A DNA stretch of 64,000 bases, taken from the NCBI GenBank assembly GCA_964016885.1, contig OZ024743.1, forward strand, positions 40,858,001 to 40,922,000, given 5' to 3'. The translations under genes and the position numbers were made by a program. Position 1 is the first letter of the stretch, and every line of letters begins with the position of its first letter. This document shows, in pieces, positions 57,090-64,000 of this stretch. This stretch comes from Eledone cirrhosa (taxonomy: Eukaryota). Under the pieces are notes generated by a model. The model saw nothing but the letters and a program-made list of their open reading frames with translations, did no database searches and was not told the origin of the DNA.

Positions 57090-57450
57090 TGAAACGGTTG
57101 GCAAAATACAACAGGCATAATATTCACGCAGCTCATTCGAAAGCTCAAATCTATGGTGAAATCTTCCGAACGATGTCACGGTCTATGATCAGCTCACTTG
57201 TGATCAGTCAAATAGACAGCCAACGATCGTCACACGGCAGCTTCTTCAATCGCTCAATGTTTGCCTCAGTCATGCTCATTGAAGATCCTCTGATTCTGGG
57301 GTCGTTTTTGAACCTTTTGTGCCAACCGAAATCTCGTGACTACAACATTGTCGCATCTTCGTAAACTTGCTGCACTATTCAGAGTGTTTCTGACGGAGTT
57401 TTTCCCAGCCTGACCAGAAACTTCACGTTCGTTTATTGTTCTCTGTCCAT
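57090..57450 (-). pseudogene. Mariner transposase N-terminal remnant
   Basis: MDREQ*TNVKFLVRLGKTPSETL/VYEDATM...FGWHKRFKNDPR...TEANIERLKKL..DDRWLSI. Confidence 0.82.
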
Positions 57451-57757
57451 CGCTTGACAGCATACAATTGAGGAGCTGTTAACAAAAGCACATTAATGAA
57501 CATAGAATGGCTGCAGAGTGTGGAGATCGCAGTTATATACATCCCGGATATTACGGCACACGGCAAGCCGCTAATCCCTACTCCAGCCAGAGACCACACA
57601 GCTCACACACAAACCCAAAAATAAACACACACATACACTCACACCCAAAAATAACACACGCGCATACATATTTATATATGTATATATATATATACCATAT
57701 ATAAGTCGTAGCCGCCCTATAGCAATTACCAATTGAATTGTTTCAGTCACTTTACGC

Positions 57758-57836
<79 letters not shown>

Positions 57837-58199
57837 CTTTTTTTTTCTTTTTTTTCTTTTACTCTTTTACCTGTTCCAGCCATCCGGCTGGGGCCATGTT
57901 GGGATATATATATAAATTCGATTCGTGCTATTTATGCAATTTTTATGCATGGATTTACACATACTGAATTCATTTGCCATAATCTGGGGGTTTTCCCCTG
58001 TGAATTACGCATGTGCTTTTACAAAACACTGTGTCATCCGCAGCACTGGCGCAGAACAAAATACCTGTTGATAACGTGATATTCCTCGTTCGATCATTAT
58101 ACCAAAAGCTTATTGTTTTAAGCAGACAGTATTATTGATTTAGCTGTCACAGAAACCCTGTACTGTATTTTATCATCAATTCCAAGGGTCCAGGTTTGT

Positions 58200-58230
<31 letters not shown>

Positions 58231-58722
58231 GAATATGTCATTTATTTTGTCTGACCTGTTTAGCTTGACTTGTTTTTTTTGGCTTAGGTGGTTTATGGCT
58301 TCTTGACCGCCTTCTCAGTTGTGTATGGCCTTTATAAACTATGTTTATTGCTCTGGTCTTGTTTAGCCCATGGAGCGCTTGCCAGCATGACTCGGAATTT
58401 AGTTATTACTCTGATTTTCAGTTAAACCCCGCTTAAACGAGTTTGTACGACTTTTCGGGCTTGGTAAATAAGTAGCATTCTAGCATTGGGGTCGTTTCGT
58501 TTTCTCTCTTATCTCCTCACTAATTCTCAGTATTTGACTGAAATTTACTTTGTACAACATTGAAGAGGGTCAGGAGTTTTCAGGTTTAAAAAATACTAGA
58601 ATCAATGTATATCCCTACGGTGGCCTTAAGATAACATTAGAAATGTAGGAATCGGTGATTAGTGTGAAACACTAACACTAATACATATATATGCATATAA
58701 CCATCTATCTAAATATATATAA

Positions 58723-58768
<46 letters not shown>

Positions 58769-58985
58769 AAATATTTACGTATCGAGAGAGAGAAAAAAAG
58801 GAAGGATAGGTGATAGATGTAGTTATTTGCGAAGTAGCGTATGCCAAAGGTGCTCAATATTAGTGCCGGCAGTATTAAATATTAGAAGTGTTAATATTTA
58901 GTGGGCGAGTGATTTAGCAGAGCGTAAGCACGTGGAAAAGTAAGAAATCGGAGAATAGATCGTTAAAACAGGTTTATTTAAAACC

Positions 58986-59027
58986 GCACCTACGTACGTT
59001 TCGCCCAGTTGGGCTTGTCAAGGGCAT
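58986..59027 (-). ncRNA. Minimal hammerhead, U3-A8 core variant
   Basis: GCCC-UUGACAA-GCCC-AACU-GGGC-GAAA-CGUACG-UA-GGUGC. Confidence 0.7.
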
Positions 59028-59958
59028 ACACAACCAAAAGTGTTATTTACATTGCTCGGGTTAAGTTCACGTCAAGATTCATTCTTCGCAAAAAAAGTGC
59101 GTTTTGATTTTGCAGTAGGTCAAGGGAGGTAACTCTGACTGGTGTTAGGGCAGTCTTTCCCGGACAAATTGTTATCCGTTACAAGATGTGGTTACAACTT
59201 TACCATTGTCGATACGCAACGGTTATGTAATCAACGCTTATTTTGAGACGTTTGTTTTTCCGCACCTCCTTGCCTGGGTCATCTGTGGCTGGGTCTGGGA
59301 TGCATGGTCAGTTTCCTGGGTCTTTTCTTGCAGCGCCTGCCCGCCGGGTTGTTAAAGCTTGTTGCAGGGAGTCCCGGTACACGGTTTCACTACTCATCCT
59401 TAACCCATCTGAAGAAGGATATGTTTAAGCGATGTGTACAACGTATCGTCGTTTCAGCTCTGCTGTTGATGAGCCAGTGCGTGGAGAAGCTGATGTTTAA
59501 GTCTTTTAATGAGCTGAAACGACGATAAGTTGTACACATCGCTTAAAAATATCCTTCTTCAGATGGGTTCAGGATGACGAGTGAAACCGTGTAGCGGGTC
59601 TCCCTGCAACAAGCTTTAACAACCCGGCGGGCAGGCGCTGCAAGAAAAGACCCAGGAAACTAACCATGCATCCCAGACCCAGCCTCAAACGACCCAGGCA
59701 AGCAGGTGCTGAAAAACACACGTCTCAAAATAAGCGTTGATTACATGACGCTGTGCGTATCGACAATGGTAAGGTTGTAACCACATCTTGTAACGGATAA
59801 AAAATTTGTCCAGAAAGACTGCCCTAACACCGGCCAGAGTTACCTACCTTGACCTACTGCAAAATCAAAACACGCTTTTTTTGCGAAGAATGAATCTTGA
59901 CGTGAACATAACCCCAAAAACTCTTTCCAAGCAATGTAAGGAACACTTTTGGTTATTT

Positions 59959-60000
59959 ATGCCCTTGACAAGCCCAACTGGGCGAAACGTGCGTAGGTGG
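59959..60000 (+). ncRNA. Minimal hammerhead, U3-A8 core variant
   Basis: GCCC-UUGACAA-GCCC-AACU-GGGC-GAAA-CGUGCG-UA-GGUGG. Confidence 0.65.
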
Positions 60001-60077
60001 TGTTTTAAATAAACATGTTTTAACGGTCTATTCTCCGATTTCTTACTTTTCTACGTATATATATATATATATATATA

Positions 60078-60278
60078 TAACAAAGGAATTGTGGTAAGGA
60101 ATCAGATGGACCATAACGCACCAGAGTACTCAATACTTAGGGCAGTACAGTGGGAAATAGGAAAAACTATGACCCCCACGGCAGAGCTCAAGCCGTTTCG
60201 ACGGCTATTTCTGGACTGAAATAGCAGTCCAGAAATAGCCGTCTAAACGGCTTGAACTCTGCCGTCGTGGTCATACTT

Positions 60279-60283
<5 letters not shown>
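60078..60283 (-). mobile_element. Second copy of the 4745-4945 palindromic PLE-terminal element
   Basis: gacccccacggcagagctcaagccgtttcgacggctatttctggact...agtccagaaatagccgtc plus the shared tail. Confidence 0.8.
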
Positions 60284-60354
<71 letters not shown>

Positions 60355-60640
60355 GCATGTATTTTATAATAAAAATTATCTTGGCTAAAGATGTGTAATA
60401 TGATCATCGGTATAATCCTGGATAATCTACTACATACAATCATTTCTGCACTTCAAATTACATTTATTGGTTACGAATGAAACTGCACTGACTAAATCTT
60501 ACATCCGTAATCAATACACATCTGACTATTTCAAAATTCTATTGCTTTCTCAGTCTATGGTAATGAGTCTAGAATTAAGTATAAATGATAAGTATCATGG
60601 GATGTTGTTTTCAGTAGCTATATATAATTATATGCATATG

Positions 60641-60742
<102 letters not shown>

Positions 60743-61083
60743 TGTTCGGTAATCACCTCAGAACATAATATTACTATATTTTATTTAATACTACATTTAA
60801 ATTTCTGGAAAGCTTGGCAATAATGTAATTTGGATTAGATTCTATGACACAGCATGGAAATAGTAAAAGGAAAAAATAAATAAAATATAAATAAATTATA
60901 TACTGAGATAGGTATATCTCTGTGGTTAATGAGTAGTACTTGCATGCACGTGGGTCCGGAATTGATCTATCTGCATGTCGCATTGGGTAAGTATCTTCTG
61001 CTATAACCGCAACGTAACTCCGGTCTTGTGTGTGAATTTCAGTAGCGGTAAGCCAGACGTGTGTGTGTGTGTGTATATATATA

Positions 61084-61161
<78 letters not shown>

Positions 61162-61277
61162 GATAAATTAACGGAGCCATATGCCCTTGCCATTCCCTGT
61201 AAATAATGTGCTCAAAGGAGAAGAAATCCTGAGCTCTTTAAAATACAATATGTTGAAAAGGTAACACATACACACAC

Positions 61278-61328
<51 letters not shown>

Positions 61329-61391
61329 ACAAAGGAATTGTGGTAAGGAACCAGATGGACCATACCGTACCAGAGTACTCAATAATTAGGG

Positions 61392-62222
61392 TCATTTATT
61401 TTTTATCATTTATTTTGTTTTGACCTGTTTAGCTTGATTTGGTTTTTGGCTTGGGTGGTTAATGCCTTCTTGACCACATTTTCAGTTTTGTATGGCTTCT
61501 TAACACATTGCTTATCTCTGGTTTTTAACTATTGAGCATTTTGCCAGTATCATTTATGATTTTTGCGTTTCGCTTAGCTTTTCCTCCCGCCGAAATGCGA
61601 TTCTCGCTGAATCTTTATTTGTATTAATCTCCCGTGTCTTACTTGTTAATAATATCTATTGATAGGTTAATTGTATAAGTTTATTTCAAAACCACTCGGT
61701 TGAGAACTTTTTCAATTCGTGCTATTTATGCTATTTTTCACATGATTTACACCTACTGAATTACTCTGCCAAAATCTGGGGTTATTCCCCTTTTGATTTC
61801 CACACGTGGTTTACCTTACCACCGTGTCATTCACTTATTTGGTACATAGAGAAATACCTGTTGATAACATGATATTCCTTGTTCGATCATTATACCCAAA
61901 GCTTATATTTTTAAGCAGACTCTATTTTGATTTAGGTGTCACAGATACTCTACATCGTATTTCAACGGCAATTCCGGGAGTCCAGGTCTGGTTATTATTT
62001 ATTTTTTTATTTTTTTTGTTTTGACCTGTTTAGCCTGATTTGGTTTTTGGCTTGGGTGGTTAATGCCTTCTTGACTACCTTTTCAGTTTTGTATGGCTTC
62101 TTAACACAATGTTTAGCTCTGGTTTTTAACTATTGAGCACTTTGCCAGTATCATTTCTGATTTTTTGCGTTTCGCTTCGCTTTTCCTTCCGCCCCAAATG
62201 CGATTCTCGCTGAATCTTTATT

Positions 62223-62225
<3 letters not shown>
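61392..62225 (-). repeat. Dispersed repeat with internal direct duplication (61392-61623 ~ 61995-62225); relatives at 57917-58400 and 5027-5358
   Basis: tttgacctgtttagc.tgatttggtttttggcttgggtggttaatgcc occurs twice, and aaatacctgttgataac.tgatattcct.gttcgatcattatacc is shared with ~58060. Confidence 0.85.
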
Positions 62226-62280
<55 letters not shown>

Positions 62281-63759
62281 CATACACACACACTCACACG
62301 CACACACACACATACACACACACACACATTACACACATCACACACGCATACACACACACATACACACACATACATATATATATATTTATACATAGTGAGA
62401 GAAAGGGGGGGGGGGGGTGAGAAAGCAAAGCGAGGCTTCACATTTGAATGTTTAAAATCGATTGTGGAAGACGTTAGTTAAAGATAGACAATTGCTTTAA
62501 CATCTGCTGAATTAATACGGAGTTGTACTTACATTAATTAAGTATGGATTCACTGAATGATAATTTATTGACTTAAAACAACGAAATCTCTAAAGAAGTT
62601 TTTTTTGTTTTGCTTATATTCAGGGAACATTATTACTGTTTGTAAGAAAACAACACTGGTTTAGTTCTTTTATGACAATTTCGACTGAGAATAAATTTGA
62701 TGTAAAACTTTGCAGTCGCGACTATCAAACCAAATTATGTATACTTAGGTCAAATTCATTCAATGGGTTGTTCTTAAAGGTATATCAAACATCATGTTCC
62801 AGCCTCCTTAGGATTACTTAGGGCTTAATCTAACGTGTCTTTTGTTAGTATGACATTGTTGGTTGATTTCAGAGTTATTCGGTTAGCTATGTCGAGTAAG
62901 CACTACCAAACGTAAGAATCTCTGGCGTGGGTCTCCGTCGTACCGTGATATCTAATGACATATAATATGTTCATGTATTTATGGGCCATAACTCCCGATA
63001 CAGTAAATAGCAAGACTCGCTATTTGAATCATGGGTAGAGTCCATTTGTTTTCTAATGGCTGAGTATAATAGAACAACGCGAAGTAAAGTATCTTGCTGA
63101 AGGAGAGAACATCGTGCAATTAGCGCACAAAACTCTAAGCCATGCGCCTTCCCAAGCCAATGGAATAACTAACTATAATCATGTGAGTAAGAAAAAACCT
63201 TATACAGGAATTGTTAAACTGTCGAAGTTCTTTCTCGGAAGGAACAAAAGGCGGTTTAACTGTGTACTTAATAACATGAATTTTCTCTTACATTTTATTG
63301 ATAAAAAGAAAAACTTAATCCTGCCTCCTACTGGAAGACATCATGTGATATATTCGAAGATGTTTTCTGGAAGCATGCTCCATAATCTATAGTTTTTGTG
63401 TTGGTGGTATTGATCCAATGTCGGGTATGTAAGGAAAGAGAATAAGAGGGGAGTGTGAGAGGGAGAAAGTGAGAGAGAATGAGAATGAGAGAGAGAGAGA
63501 GAGAGGGGGAGAGAGACAGAAAGAGAGAGGAAGAGAGTGTCGGGTGCAAAAGAGAAAAAGATGTTTCTTTCCATTTCTGTGTGGAAATGTAGGTTTATTT
63601 GTGTATATGCGAGATGTGCATGTTTGGGAATTCTGAATCTCTGATTATTCCGCACTTTTGAATATACAGACACAAATACACTCGAACATATACAGACACA
63701 GGTATACATCCTCATGTATATATATATATATAATATATATAATCTCTATCTCTCTCTCT

Positions 63760-63913
<154 letters not shown>

Positions 63914-63918
63914 AACAA

Positions 63919-63958
<40 letters not shown>

Positions 63959-64000
63959 ACGAGGTTAAAAGGGCTGAGGTCAGACAACTTTCTCTCCAGC

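Larger units (their letters stand above)
58930..60056. mobile_element. Large fold-back element, arms ~530 bp (58930-59460 / 59511-60056), inverted PLE pseudo-LTR-like
   Basis: Arms are reverse-complementary with scattered mismatches. An HHR lies near each outer end. Confidence 0.92.

Overview
AT-rich eukaryotic non-coding DNA saturated with (TA)n/(CA)n/(GA)n microsatellites and decayed transposons. The SINE cores suggest a cephalopod (Octopus-like) genome, which is an inference. No intact protein-coding gene is supported, and almost all listed ORFs are microsatellite artefacts. The main hidden structure is RNA-level: by manual reading I find about 30 type I hammerhead ribozyme (HHR) motifs in roughly 10 sequence families, some intact and some decayed. 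They include two retrozyme-like tandem arrays with one HHR per monomer. One has 483-484 bp units with 3 HHRs (15222-16532). The other has 516-544 bp units with 8 identical HHRs in a head-to-head inverted array (41108-45612), plus an older relative at 18000-18886. Other HHRs lie 3' of Penelope-like element (PLE) GIY-YIG remnants or inside fold-back palindromes embedded in (TA)n. Also present are Helitron-like elements, mariner remnants and MITEs, Meta-domain-like SINEs, and a 5'-inverted LINE fragment. Coordinates were read by eye and may be off by a few bases. No ribozyme activity or database search was tested.
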